Source: a bacterium (GTDB taxonomy: Bacteria; Babelota; Babeliae; Babelales; UBA12409). From it: a DNA stretch of 64,000 bases. The position numbers were made by a program, and so were the translations under genes. Location: positions 18,189 to 82,188 of the forward strand of contig JAKANL010000003.1 of NCBI GenBank assembly GCA_021823685.1, in the 5' to 3' direction. Shown here in pieces: positions 8,981 to 17,607 of this stretch (position 1 is the stretch's first letter; each line of letters opens with the position of its first letter). A model generated the notes under the pieces. It made no database searches. It was not told the origin of the DNA and saw only the letters and a program-made list of their open reading frames with translations.

Positions 8981-9811
8981 ATGCGGAAACTACTTTTTCT
9001 TTGTTTGTGTTTACCTGGCCTATGTCACGCCATGTCCACCAGCCAAGAAAGTACCTTCTCAATCGTAGACGCCTATGCAAGCGATACGCGTTTAGTTGAT
9101 CACATCGCTAATCAAGAAAATTCCCCGCTTATTAAGCGTTTAATCACCCATGGTTCACGATTGCTTGCCATCCCAGAACCAACCGTATGTGTTTCAATTT
9201 TTGATGCGCCTTTTTGCGCAGCAACTCGCCAATCAAATCCCCCCGTTATTTTTGTCTATCCTAGCTTTGAAGATCTCCCTTACCCTAAAAAAAAGCTCGT
9301 CCTTTTTCACGAACTTTATCACTGTCTACAAAAACGAACGGTTGGCCTTAACGGGCCCATAAATCCGTCAAAGTACCCCCGCGGGCGCGATCAAGAAGCC
9401 GATTTGCAATCCATTTTAATGGCAAATTGCCCATCATGCGCTCACGACATCGTCGGCTTTTCGCCGGATTCAGAGCAAGAATATGCATCATCGCTAGAAA
9501 TTGCCGCACTAGCCGAAACACTGAAAGACTCGCCACTATGCCCTTACCACCGTATCGTTTCCAACCGGCCAACCTATCGCCTTTCAAGCTTGGTTTACCA
9601 TGTAGCCAAAAAAATATGCCCTGAAAGCTTCCTGACTCACGAACGCATGAACCAAGCAACGCCAGATAGCATCCTGGGATTCCTGCGAGTGGCCGGGCTT
9701 TGGGCTATCAGCATACCTGCTCAAAACAACAAGCTATTTTTCAGCTTCGCCAACCGCTGGATCGGCCGTGACGTTGAAGAAAAAATCGCCAAAGGCGAAT
9801 TAGACGTTTAA
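8981..9811 (+). CDS. hypothetical secreted Cys-rich protein, paralog B, with HExxH (HELYH) motif; possible metallopeptidase
   Basis: 276-aa ORF with signal-like MRKLLFLCLCLPGLCHA. Contains ...KKLVLFHELYHCLQ.... Tandem paralog of 8042-8830. No family recognised. Confidence 0.65.
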   Translation: MRKLLFLCLCLPGLCHAMSTSQESTFSIVDAYASDTRLVDHIANQENSPLIKRLITHGSRLLAIPEPTVCVSIFDAPFCAATRQSNPPVIFVYPSFEDLPYPKKKLVLFHELYHCLQKRTVGLNGPINPSKYPRGRDQEADLQSILMANCPSCAHDIVGFSPDSEQEYASSLEIAALAETLKDSPLCPYHRIVSNRPTYRLSSLVYHVAKKICPESFLTHERMNQATPDSILGFLRVAGLWAISIPAQNNKLFFSFANRWIGRDVEEKIAKGELDV

Positions 9812-10233
9812 CGAACGGTTATTGCTCGTTTGTTCGGATCATTTTTATCCAAATCAAGCGTTACGCGTATCGTATGAGGCGGCAAAATGGGCTCAATAAT
9901 TTCTGGCCATTCAATGCATGCGCATCCTTTTTCTGATTGCAAGTAATCTGCAAATCCCAAATCGTAAAAACTTTCCAGCGTTTTAAGCCGATATAAATCA
10001 AAATGATAAATCGCAGAGCCATCCGCTGCGCGGTATATATTAAGATAATTAAACGTCGGACTCGTAACGGTATCCTTTGAGCCAAGCGCTGCGCATAATG
10101 TTCGTATCAACGTCGTTTTACCCGCGCCTAACCCACCATAAAAAGCAATAATCTTTCGCTCTTTGAGCATGCCAATCAACGCACGTGCTAGCTGCCCAAT
10201 TTCTGATAACGCAAAAATTTTAGATTCCATCAT
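9808..10233 (-). CDS. tsaE: tRNA threonylcarbamoyladenosine biosynthesis protein TsaE (YjeE ATPase)
   Basis: 141 aa with P-loop GGLGAGKTTLIR, then TSPTFNYLNIY and HFDLYRL, the TsaE signature string. Confidence 0.85.
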   Translation of the reverse strand: MMESKIFALSEIGQLARALIGMLKERKIIAFYGGLGAGKTTLIRTLCAALGSKDTVTSPTFNYLNIYRAADGSAIYHFDLYRLKTLESFYDLGFADYLQSEKGCACIEWPEIIEPILPPHTIRVTLDLDKNDPNKRAITVR

Positions 10234-10240
10234 GATCCCC

Positions 10241-10834
10241 TTATTTTAATTTATCGAGCAGCCGCTCACGCTTGCGCTCTTTTTTGGATAACTTTTCGGC
10301 CTGCGGCCGACGCACTACCTGCCCGTCATTGGGCTTATGAGATAGTTGCCGTGTAGATTCTTCCATGAGCGCATCTAATTCGCTGGGAGCATCAGCAGAA
10401 ATTTTAACCAACGGCGTCTGCACATGCCCCGGCTCTGGCTGCTCAGGCTGCTGCACGTAACGTTTATAAAATTCGTAGGCGTTAATCGTTTCTTTACCAA
10501 GGACATGTGCATGAACGCGTAATTCGTGATCAGACGAAACAAGTAAAATTTCGTCATTTTTATGTTCGTCCAAATATTTCTTTATAACGTCGTCGGCTGT
10601 TTGTTTATAGCCGGAAAAAATCACGGTCACGCAACCGCTCGTACTCTTATATGGATATGGCGCCTGCCCACCATCAAAAGCAATCACGCCAATCAAACCG
10701 CGCTTTTTTAAATAACCAGCAATTTTTGCAACAAACGCATCGCGCTGTTCATGCGCGACTTGTTTTTCATCATGTACTTGTTTGATAACATTATATCCAT
10801 CAATAAGAAGTATCATAAGTCCAGCGCCTTGCAT
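10241..10834 (-). CDS. NYN-domain (YacP-like) predicted RNase/RNA-binding protein
   Basis: N-terminus ...MILLIDGYNVIKQ... and ...VIFSGYKQTADDVIKKYL...LLVSSDHEL..., as in the YacP/NYN family. Basic Lys/Arg-rich tail. Confidence 0.75.
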   Translation of the reverse strand: MQGAGLMILLIDGYNVIKQVHDEKQVAHEQRDAFVAKIAGYLKKRGLIGVIAFDGGQAPYPYKSTSGCVTVIFSGYKQTADDVIKKYLDEHKNDEILLVSSDHELRVHAHVLGKETINAYEFYKRYVQQPEQPEPGHVQTPLVKISADAPSELDALMEESTRQLSHKPNDGQVVRRPQAEKLSKKERKRERLLDKLK

Positions 10835-10893
10835 TTATAGTGGTACGTGCATTACAATAAGTATACTACATCTTATCCGCGCAAGGGGAATAC

Positions 10894-11748
10894 ATGGCAC
10901 AACTGATACAGCTCACCCAGCGAATCAGAGCCGTTGATACCATAAAAAAAATAACGCATGCCACTCGGCTGGTAGCAATGTCAGCGCATACGCGCCTGGC
11001 GCATAAAGAACCGCTGCTAACGCACTACCGTACGCAAGTCCAGCGGTTATTAAATCACATGCTTGGCGGCAATCAAAGTGCACAAGAATCACTTTTTTCA
11101 ATCGCGCCTGATTCACCGCGCACCTTAATTTTTTTGGTTGGATCACAAAAGGGCCTGTGCGGAACGTTTAACGTTGGACTTTTTAAATCGTTTGAATACC
11201 ACTTTACACAACTGCAAAAAAATGGCGACGTTATCGTAATCGGTAAAAAAGCGCAGGAATACGTCAATCGCCGAACCATAACGCCCAAAGAAATTTTCAA
11301 TAACTTAACCACCGCAACGTTGCCCACCATCACCGAGCTCGTCACGCAGCTCATTGTTAAAGAAGCGCATCATTATAAAAAAATTGTTTTTTTCAGTAAT
11401 CAACCGCAGACGTTTTTTAGCCAAAAAATTGTACAAACAACCATTTTACCGCTGGAGCTTCTTGCAAAAAACACCAAAAATCAAGAACTGCTCAGCGAAG
11501 AATATATCTGGGAAGAGCCACAGGAAGCGATTTTGCCAACATTGGCTAAACTTTATCTGCAGGTAACGATCCAATCACTTCTTTTCTCGTCACTCGTGGC
11601 AGAACAAGCAGCACGTTTTCAATCAATGGATAGCGCAACACGCAACGCAGAAGATTTATTGGAAACGATGCGACGCGATTATAATAAATTACGCCAAGCA
11701 AAGATCACCAAAGAACTGCTTGAACTGGCAAGCTCAATGGGCCGCTAA
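10894..11748 (+). CDS. atpG: F-type ATP synthase gamma subunit
   Basis: 284 aa. N-terminus MAQLIQLTQRIRAVDTIKKITHATRLVAMS and C-terminus ...YNKLRQAKITKELLELASS match the conserved gamma-subunit terminal helices. Confidence 0.85.
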   Translation: MAQLIQLTQRIRAVDTIKKITHATRLVAMSAHTRLAHKEPLLTHYRTQVQRLLNHMLGGNQSAQESLFSIAPDSPRTLIFLVGSQKGLCGTFNVGLFKSFEYHFTQLQKNGDVIVIGKKAQEYVNRRTITPKEIFNNLTTATLPTITELVTQLIVKEAHHYKKIVFFSNQPQTFFSQKIVQTTILPLELLAKNTKNQELLSEEYIWEEPQEAILPTLAKLYLQVTIQSLLFSSLVAEQAARFQSMDSATRNAEDLLETMRRDYNKLRQAKITKELLELASSMGR

Positions 11749-11894
11749 GGGCTTTTCTGTATAATCACAAAAACTTAAACAAGCATTTGCGTTCTAATTC
11801 AAAAACATTATCCTGTAAGCTAATGTAAAATTACCGTCCGCCGTTTTGAAAATTGCGCATCTGAAGGGCGCAAGAAAGTTTTTGAAGGAAATGC

Positions 11895-12521
11895 GTGAAA
11901 TATTTAGTTTTACTTTGTAGCTTATTTTTTAGTTGCAGTATTCATCCCGAAGGCTTTATTGCCGGCACCCCGGTTGCCACCGAGGGTGGATATGCTTCAA
12001 TCGAAGCACTCCAAGAAGGTGATGAAGTTCTTTCCTACGACCTAAATTGTAAATCTTGCATCAACCCGGTAATCTTTTCAATCAAAAGAAATACACCCTT
12101 GCTCGTAAAAATAACTCTTAATGACAACGAAGTTATTTTTGCTGCGCCCGACCAACCATTCATGTTATGGACGCCTCCAATCATGCCATGGACACCCTCA
12201 ACCCGTTGGGCTGTTGCCGCATCTTTGAAAGAAGGCGACCAACTTAAGGGAACGGGAATTCCAATCGTCAAAAACATTGAACTTATTGAATCTGAAGCAA
12301 AAATATATGCTATTCATGTAGCAAGTACCGGAAATTTTTGTGTATCAAGACACCATATCGTTGCACACACTTCTCGCCCAAATTTTGGAGCGGCGCTAGC
12401 AGCGGAAAGAGGACGTGCCACTATGGAAAATATTGCAACAATAACGGTCCTTGGCGCCACTGCGTTTGGCGGCGCATGGCTCGTCAAGCGAATGCTTACA
12501 AAAAAACATTCCGACGATTAA
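11895..12521 (+). CDS. Hint (Hedgehog/intein-like) domain protein with C-terminal TM segment
   Basis: GTG-start ORF. Signal-like MKYLVLLCSLFFSCS, then GFIAGTPVATEGGYASIEALQEGDEVLSYD ... IYAIHVASTGNFCVSRHHIVAHTS (Hint N- and C-terminal blocks; the first-residue Cys is replaced). Hydrophobic tail ITVLGATAFGGAWLV. Confidence 0.6.
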   Translation: MKYLVLLCSLFFSCSIHPEGFIAGTPVATEGGYASIEALQEGDEVLSYDLNCKSCINPVIFSIKRNTPLLVKITLNDNEVIFAAPDQPFMLWTPPIMPWTPSTRWAVAASLKEGDQLKGTGIPIVKNIELIESEAKIYAIHVASTGNFCVSRHHIVAHTSRPNFGAALAAERGRATMENIATITVLGATAFGGAWLVKRMLTKKHSDD

Positions 12522-12559
12522 CATTTTGGTCGAGCCATAGATAATATAGGAATGATTAC

Positions 12560-13207
12560 ATGCAACTTATTCAAAAAACTATGCACCACGTTAGAGCAAA
12601 ACTAGAAAAAGAGTGCACGGGGCATGACTGGTGGCATGCACATCGTGTCTGGCAAATAGCTAACCACATAGCCGAAAAAGAAGGTGGTGATCGTACTATT
12701 ATCCAACTAGCTGCCCTTTTGCACGATATTTCTGATTGGAAATTTAACCAGGAGAAAAGTGAATCTGCCGGATCACTCATTACCCACGATTGGGTGATTC
12801 GTCTCGGCCTAAGCAGCGACGTTGCAGAAAAAGTAAGCGACATTATACAAAACATGTCTTTTAAAGGAGCGCGCGTTAAGCGTATTCCGCTCACGCTTGA
12901 AGGCCAAATCGTTCAAGATGCCGATCGCCTCGATGCAATAGGTGCCATCGGCATAGCCCGCGCATTTGCATACGGCGGTTTTAAGGGAAGCGAAGTATAT
13001 AATCCGGCAATTAAGCCTTGTCTGCATGAATCTTGCGAAGCCTACAAAAATAATTGTAGCTCTACAATCAACCATTTTTACGAAAAATTATTGTTACTCA
13101 AAGATCAAATGAACACACCAACGGCTCGTCAATTGGCTGAAGAAAAACATGCTTTTATGATCAAATATCTTGACCAATTCTTCAAAGAATGGGGAGCAAA
13201 TTATTAA
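12560..13207 (+). CDS. HD-domain metal-dependent phosphohydrolase
   Basis: 215 aa with ...HDWWHAHRVWQIA... and ...AALLHDISDWKF...DADRLDAIGAIGIARAF..., the HD-superfamily His/Asp pattern. Confidence 0.8.
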   Translation: MQLIQKTMHHVRAKLEKECTGHDWWHAHRVWQIANHIAEKEGGDRTIIQLAALLHDISDWKFNQEKSESAGSLITHDWVIRLGLSSDVAEKVSDIIQNMSFKGARVKRIPLTLEGQIVQDADRLDAIGAIGIARAFAYGGFKGSEVYNPAIKPCLHESCEAYKNNCSSTINHFYEKLLLLKDQMNTPTARQLAEEKHAFMIKYLDQFFKEWGANY

Positions 13208-13375
13208 TAAAAATAAATATACCTGAGCAAAGTCTCCGCTATACAAAATTTGAGATTTTGATATACTGTTAGTGTATTTGAAATCTCGCCGGAACTGGCT
13301 CTGGGTGCAGGCCAATAAAAATTTCATAACTGCAACAAACCGCTCTGGCGATTGGTGTAACACAAAGGTGATTAT

Positions 13376-13855
13376 ATGAAAAAGTACGTATCAATCAGCT
13401 TTTTGATGTTAGCAGCTTTTATGGTTCAATCTTGCCTGCTGGGCATGGAAGAAAATTCTGATAATATCAAACCAGATAATTTACAAACCGTCATTGACTC
13501 AAAGCCACGATCTACCCTGCTCGGCGCCGGGCTCATTACCATCGCAGCGGCCATCGGTCTTGTCAAAATAGCCCCTGCCGTCCCTCCAGTTTTAAAACGC
13601 ATCGGCGGCGCATTATACTACGGAAGCAAACATGGGCTTTTTTATTTATGGCATGGCACATCACTCGAAGAAGATACGCAGCAATTGCAAGAAAAACTAT
13701 GTGCAAACACGGCTGCTACACAGACACTCAGTATTCAAATGAGTCAGTTGTCGGTAAATATTCCCACAACCGGCGTTCCGATTGGTTATCCGCCGGCACC
13801 CGCACCGCTCTATTCTTCATCGGCACCAAGCTCTGACGGTACAAAGTCCAACTGA
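13376..13855 (+). CDS. hypothetical secreted/membrane protein
   Basis: ATG after AAAGGTGA. Signal-like MKKYVSISFLMLAAFMVQSC plus an internal hydrophobic segment. No family recognised. Confidence 0.5.
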   Translation: MKKYVSISFLMLAAFMVQSCLLGMEENSDNIKPDNLQTVIDSKPRSTLLGAGLITIAAAIGLVKIAPAVPPVLKRIGGALYYGSKHGLFYLWHGTSLEEDTQQLQEKLCANTAATQTLSIQMSQLSVNIPTTGVPIGYPPAPAPLYSSSAPSSDGTKSN

Positions 13856-13904
13856 CAGCACCAGAATCTTTGTTTGACACATTTAATCGATTGAAAGAGT
13901 TTTC

Positions 13905-14327
13905 GTGAAAAAAATAAGTATAGTATTGCTCTGCTTGTTCGCCGGACCTTCACCCTTGCGTGGCATGGAATCTGCCGTACCTCAAACGCAGCAACCGCCC
14001 GCTCTCGCATATAACCCATCAACTACCCCTAATCAAGCAACAAACCAACAGGCCATCCAAAAAACATATAAACAACAGTTTTACGATTGGATAAGAGATC
14101 ATCCGTTCGTAACTATCGGCAGCGCTGTAATAATCGTTGCACTGCTCAAAGAACGGATTCAAGGATCACTACGAGGAGCCCTTATCGGATTCGCCGCGCC
14201 AGAAACGATGGACGCGCTCCCCCTTTTCGCTGCATATCTGTTAGAGCTGAAAAAAGGAAAAACCGCACCGGCAGGTCCCTCAACCCCTATTTCAGCAGAC
14301 TCAAGTAAAACACAAAATGGAGTTTAA
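13905..14327 (+). CDS. hypothetical secreted/membrane protein
   Basis: GTG-start ORF with signal-like KKISIVLLCLFAGPSPLRG and one internal TM-like stretch. No family recognised. Confidence 0.45.
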   Translation: MKKISIVLLCLFAGPSPLRGMESAVPQTQQPPALAYNPSTTPNQATNQQAIQKTYKQQFYDWIRDHPFVTIGSAVIIVALLKERIQGSLRGALIGFAAPETMDALPLFAAYLLELKKGKTAPAGPSTPISADSSKTQNGV

Positions 14328-14329
14328 CG

Positions 14330-15307
14330 ATGATTACCATAAAACAATACTCAGTCACCATTCTGAGCGTGCTTTTTCTAAGCTTCGCACGTCCATCTCT
14401 GTGCATGATGCAGAGTATGGGAACCCCCGCCGCGCTCGGGACCCCAAGCGCTCAAACACCGCCGCCGCAAATCATTTATGTTCAAGCACCGCAGCAGGCA
14501 GCGCCCCATGCACCAGGTGCGTTGAACGTCTTGCTTTCAGACGGGCGCTTTCAGGGTCTTGCACTCTGTGTCGTTGGCTTGGGCGTTGTAAAATATAAAT
14601 TCCCCGCCCTATGGGGATGGGGTGGCGACATTCTTGCCACCGTTTTTAATCACGGGCCACTCAAGCGACTCAATGAACAAGTACACACATTAAACGATCG
14701 CGTACGCGCCTTGGGAACAATAGCCAAATGTGAACTACGCATGCTGTGCGGCATACAAACCGAACTGGTAACCCAGAAAGAAACGCTTAATGCAATGCAA
14801 GCCAGTATACATACCATCGGGCAGGCACAAGCGGGACATGCTGAACGATTAGAACGCATGAGCAGTCAAATGGAGGCGCTAACAAAAACAACCGAAGAAT
14901 TGACCCGGACAACGCAGGCAGGCAATCAGGATACGCACGCGCGTCTCGAGGAATTGGCCAACGATGTAACGCAAATCAAAAAACAGGTAGCAGAAATGTA
15001 CCTTGCATATAAAGGCGGGTCTAGTCACCCGCCGGCCGCCATCACCGATGGCGCAGCCCCAGGCTCGCCCGATCGAAGTCCGTCTCCTGCGGGAGGAGCT
15101 TTGCTAACCGATTTTCCGCAACTAACGTTTGTCTCGAGAATCACGCGCACACCAACCGAGGCGGCTCAAAACAAAACGCGGCCGCTCGTAGTAACAGGAT
15201 GGCCAGTGACGGGATCAAACTCGCTACATTTTGGCCAGATACCCTCCCCGTACGGGCGCATCGTTCACAGAGCTATGGAGCTACATTCTTCGACGAGCTC
15301 AGAATGA
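14330..15307 (+). CDS. hypothetical secreted coiled-coil protein
   Basis: 325-aa ORF starting 3 nt after the previous stop. Signal-like N-terminus and a heptad-looking middle (LNEQVHTLNDRVRAL...LERMSSQMEALTKTTEELTR...). The last codons run into the GC-rich repeat at about 15296. Confidence 0.55.
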   Translation: MITIKQYSVTILSVLFLSFARPSLCMMQSMGTPAALGTPSAQTPPPQIIYVQAPQQAAPHAPGALNVLLSDGRFQGLALCVVGLGVVKYKFPALWGWGGDILATVFNHGPLKRLNEQVHTLNDRVRALGTIAKCELRMLCGIQTELVTQKETLNAMQASIHTIGQAQAGHAERLERMSSQMEALTKTTEELTRTTQAGNQDTHARLEELANDVTQIKKQVAEMYLAYKGGSSHPPAAITDGAAPGSPDRSPSPAGGALLTDFPQLTFVSRITRTPTEAAQNKTRPLVVTGWPVTGSNSLHFGQIPSPYGRIVHRAMELHSSTSSE

Positions 15308-15500
15308 GCGGAGTAAAAAGCTACAATCTTCGATAGAGCGCCGACACACGCGGATCCGTCTCCGCCACGTACCCGCCATAGCCCACATGGGCGACGGCCG
15401 GGTTCGCCTGCCTGTTTTTCGAAGCTCAATGAGCGAAGTAAAAAGCTTCGCCGAACGCAGCAGGGTAAGCGGACGCATGGTGAATTTAAAGCGAACAGGA
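15296..15500. repeat. GC-rich palindromic intergenic repeat cluster, copy R1
   Basis: Contains (rc) CGAAGCTTTTTACTTCGCTCATTGAGCTTCGAAAAACAG at 15412-15450, and ACCCGCCATAGCCCACATGGGCGACGGCCGGGTTCG, which matches the rc of 26908-26939. Related units occur at 26790-27025, 27255-27440, 32895-33070 and 58920-59169. Confidence 0.65.
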
Positions 15501-15523
15501 GTAGGGAATTTAGGACAAAAATT

Positions 15524-16846
15524 TTAGTCAGTAATACTCGTGGTTAAACGATCGATGGGGTTCATCACGTGAGCCCCTTTTTCTATGGATACCCGTGCGC
15601 CCAGGGCGGTGAACTTATCCTCGAGCTTATCGTACCCACGACGCCAGTGATTCATTCCCGTCATCACCGTCTTACCTTTGGCAACTAAGCCGGCCAATAC
15701 CAATGCGCATGAAGCGCGAATATCGCTGGCAATAACCGGCATGCCATACAACGCGGTTACCCCTTTAATTTGTACCTTATCGCCGCAGACATATTTGATC
15801 TGTGCACCCATTTTTTGCAGCTCACGGACATGCAAAAATCTGTTTTCAAAAACCGTTTCGCTTATTTCGCAGATACCATTAGCAATACACTGCGCTGCCA
15901 TCATCGGTGCTTGCAAATCAGTTGGGAATCCGGGATATGGGCTCGTTTTAAATGATACCGCTTCTGGCAACGGCGTCGCCGTTACACGCACGCCAATACC
16001 ATTGACGCCAATATCAATGCGATGTCCCATTTCCTGCAGTTTCATTAAAAAAACATCCATATCTTCAGCGCGCGCATTAACCACTTCAACGCTACCGCCA
16101 CTGATCGCCCCGGCAAGCAAAAGCGCGCCGACTTCAAGACGATCGACCATCACATCGTGGGTAAATGGCCGCAACGAAGAAACACCGGTAATGACGATGG
16201 TCGCCGGCGCCTGAATCGCGATATTAGCACCCATAGCGCGTAACACGGTAACCAAATCAAACACTTCTGGCTCGATAGCAGCATTAACAATCGTTGTCAC
16301 GCCCTGGCATAATGTTGCCGCTAGCAAAATATTTTCAGTGGCACCGACGCTTGGATATTCCAACGCAATGCGCGTTGCCTGCAGGCCGGTTGTCTGTGCA
16401 TGCAAAAGATCATCAATTTGTGTAAATTGAACACCTATTTTTTTGAAATTTTTTATGTGAAAATCGATTGGCCGTGCGCCTATGGTGCAGCCGCCTGGCA
16501 AGACCACACGTGCACGCCCAAAACGCGCCAAAAGCGGCCCCATAACCAAAATAGAAGCGCGCATCTTTTTCATTAAATCCGGACTTACTTCAAAACGATT
16601 GACGGTTGTTGTATCAATCGTTAACGTCCGCCTGATAACATCAAAAGCAACATGCGCCCCCATGCTTTCAAGCAATGCAATCATATAGGTAACATCGGCA
16701 GATACGGGCACATTGGTCAGGGTGGAAACCCCTTCGGTCAAAAGCGTTGCCGCCATAGTTACCAGCACGGCATTTTTAGCACCTACAAGGCTGGCCTGAC
16801 CATGAAGCGGCCCAACAGACTCGATAACTATACAATCGTCATTCAC
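15524..16846 (-). CDS. murA: UDP-N-acetylglucosamine 1-carboxyvinyltransferase
   Basis: 440 aa with ...GAKNAVL...LLTEG...LTNVP...DV... and the active-site loop LPGGCTIGARPIDFHI, typical MurA. Confidence 0.93.
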   Translation of the reverse strand: MNDDCIVIESVGPLHGQASLVGAKNAVLVTMAATLLTEGVSTLTNVPVSADVTYMIALLESMGAHVAFDVIRRTLTIDTTTVNRFEVSPDLMKKMRASILVMGPLLARFGRARVVLPGGCTIGARPIDFHIKNFKKIGVQFTQIDDLLHAQTTGLQATRIALEYPSVGATENILLAATLCQGVTTIVNAAIEPEVFDLVTVLRAMGANIAIQAPATIVITGVSSLRPFTHDVMVDRLEVGALLLAGAISGGSVEVVNARAEDMDVFLMKLQEMGHRIDIGVNGIGVRVTATPLPEAVSFKTSPYPGFPTDLQAPMMAAQCIANGICEISETVFENRFLHVRELQKMGAQIKYVCGDKVQIKGVTALYGMPVIASDIRASCALVLAGLVAKGKTVMTGMNHWRRGYDKLEDKFTALGARVSIEKGAHVMNPIDRLTTSITD

Positions 16847-16977
16847 GTAAAAAATCCTTTAAAAATACCCTTACTTCTGCTTTTAAGTATGACATTGCAT
16901 ACCGAGCTGACAAGTCATTTTTTTGGAGTATGCTGAAGATTACGATCTGAAGTATAAAAAGAAATAAGGACGTTACC

Positions 16978-17601
16978 ATGATCAACAAGCGCACAGGAAG
17001 CCTGGAAATCATTTGTGGATCAATGTTTTCCGGCAAAACCGAAGAACTCATTCGCCGAATCAGACGCGCACAATATGCCCAACAATCGGTTATGTCGTTC
17101 AAACACAGTCTCGATCAGCGCCACGAAATAGAACAGGTATCCTCGCATAGCGGCATTCGATTAACAGCAATACCAACCGACAACCCTCAAACTATCGCAA
17201 ATTTTGTCACAACGGGCACGCAAGTCGTGGGTATTGATGAAATCCAATTTTTTTCTAACGACATTGTCGACGTCGTTGTTGATTTGATAGCGCAAGGTAA
17301 AAAAGTAATCGCTGGCGGTCTGGATCTCGATTTTCGTGGGATTCCATTCAGCTGTATGCCAACGCTTATGGCGCTGGCCGATTCCGTTACCAAATTAAAA
17401 GCTATTTGTATGCGCTGCGGGCAAGACGCGCATTTTTCACAACGCCTTATTAACGGCCAGCCAGCACTTTTTGACGATCCGATTATCTTGATCGGCGCAC
17501 AAGAATGTTACGAAGCACGGTGCCGCAGCTGTTTTGTTATCGATAAACAAATGCCTTTTGCGCAAAAAACTGCTCAGGAAAACCAACCAGAAATGATTTA
17601 G
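16978..17601 (+). CDS. tdk: thymidine kinase
   Basis: 207 aa. GSLEIICGSMFSGKTEELIRRIRR (P-loop), VVGIDEIQFF, and C-terminal Cys pairs CMRCG...ARCRSC, typical type II TK. Confidence 0.9.
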   Translation: MINKRTGSLEIICGSMFSGKTEELIRRIRRAQYAQQSVMSFKHSLDQRHEIEQVSSHSGIRLTAIPTDNPQTIANFVTTGTQVVGIDEIQFFSNDIVDVVVDLIAQGKKVIAGGLDLDFRGIPFSCMPTLMALADSVTKLKAICMRCGQDAHFSQRLINGQPALFDDPIILIGAQECYEARCRSCFVIDKQMPFAQKTAQENQPEMI

Positions 17602-17607
17602 TTATTC

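Noticed and set aside
15231-15527. Track ORFs that look conserved between loci (15231-15527, 26843-27049, 27231-27443, 32800-33105, 32899-33087), sharing strings such as AIAHMGDG and TPLVELRK
   Set aside because: The shared peptides come from the dispersed GC-rich palindromic DNA repeats read in arbitrary frames and both orientations. There are no RBS or consistent start/stop positions. They are treated as non-coding repeats.
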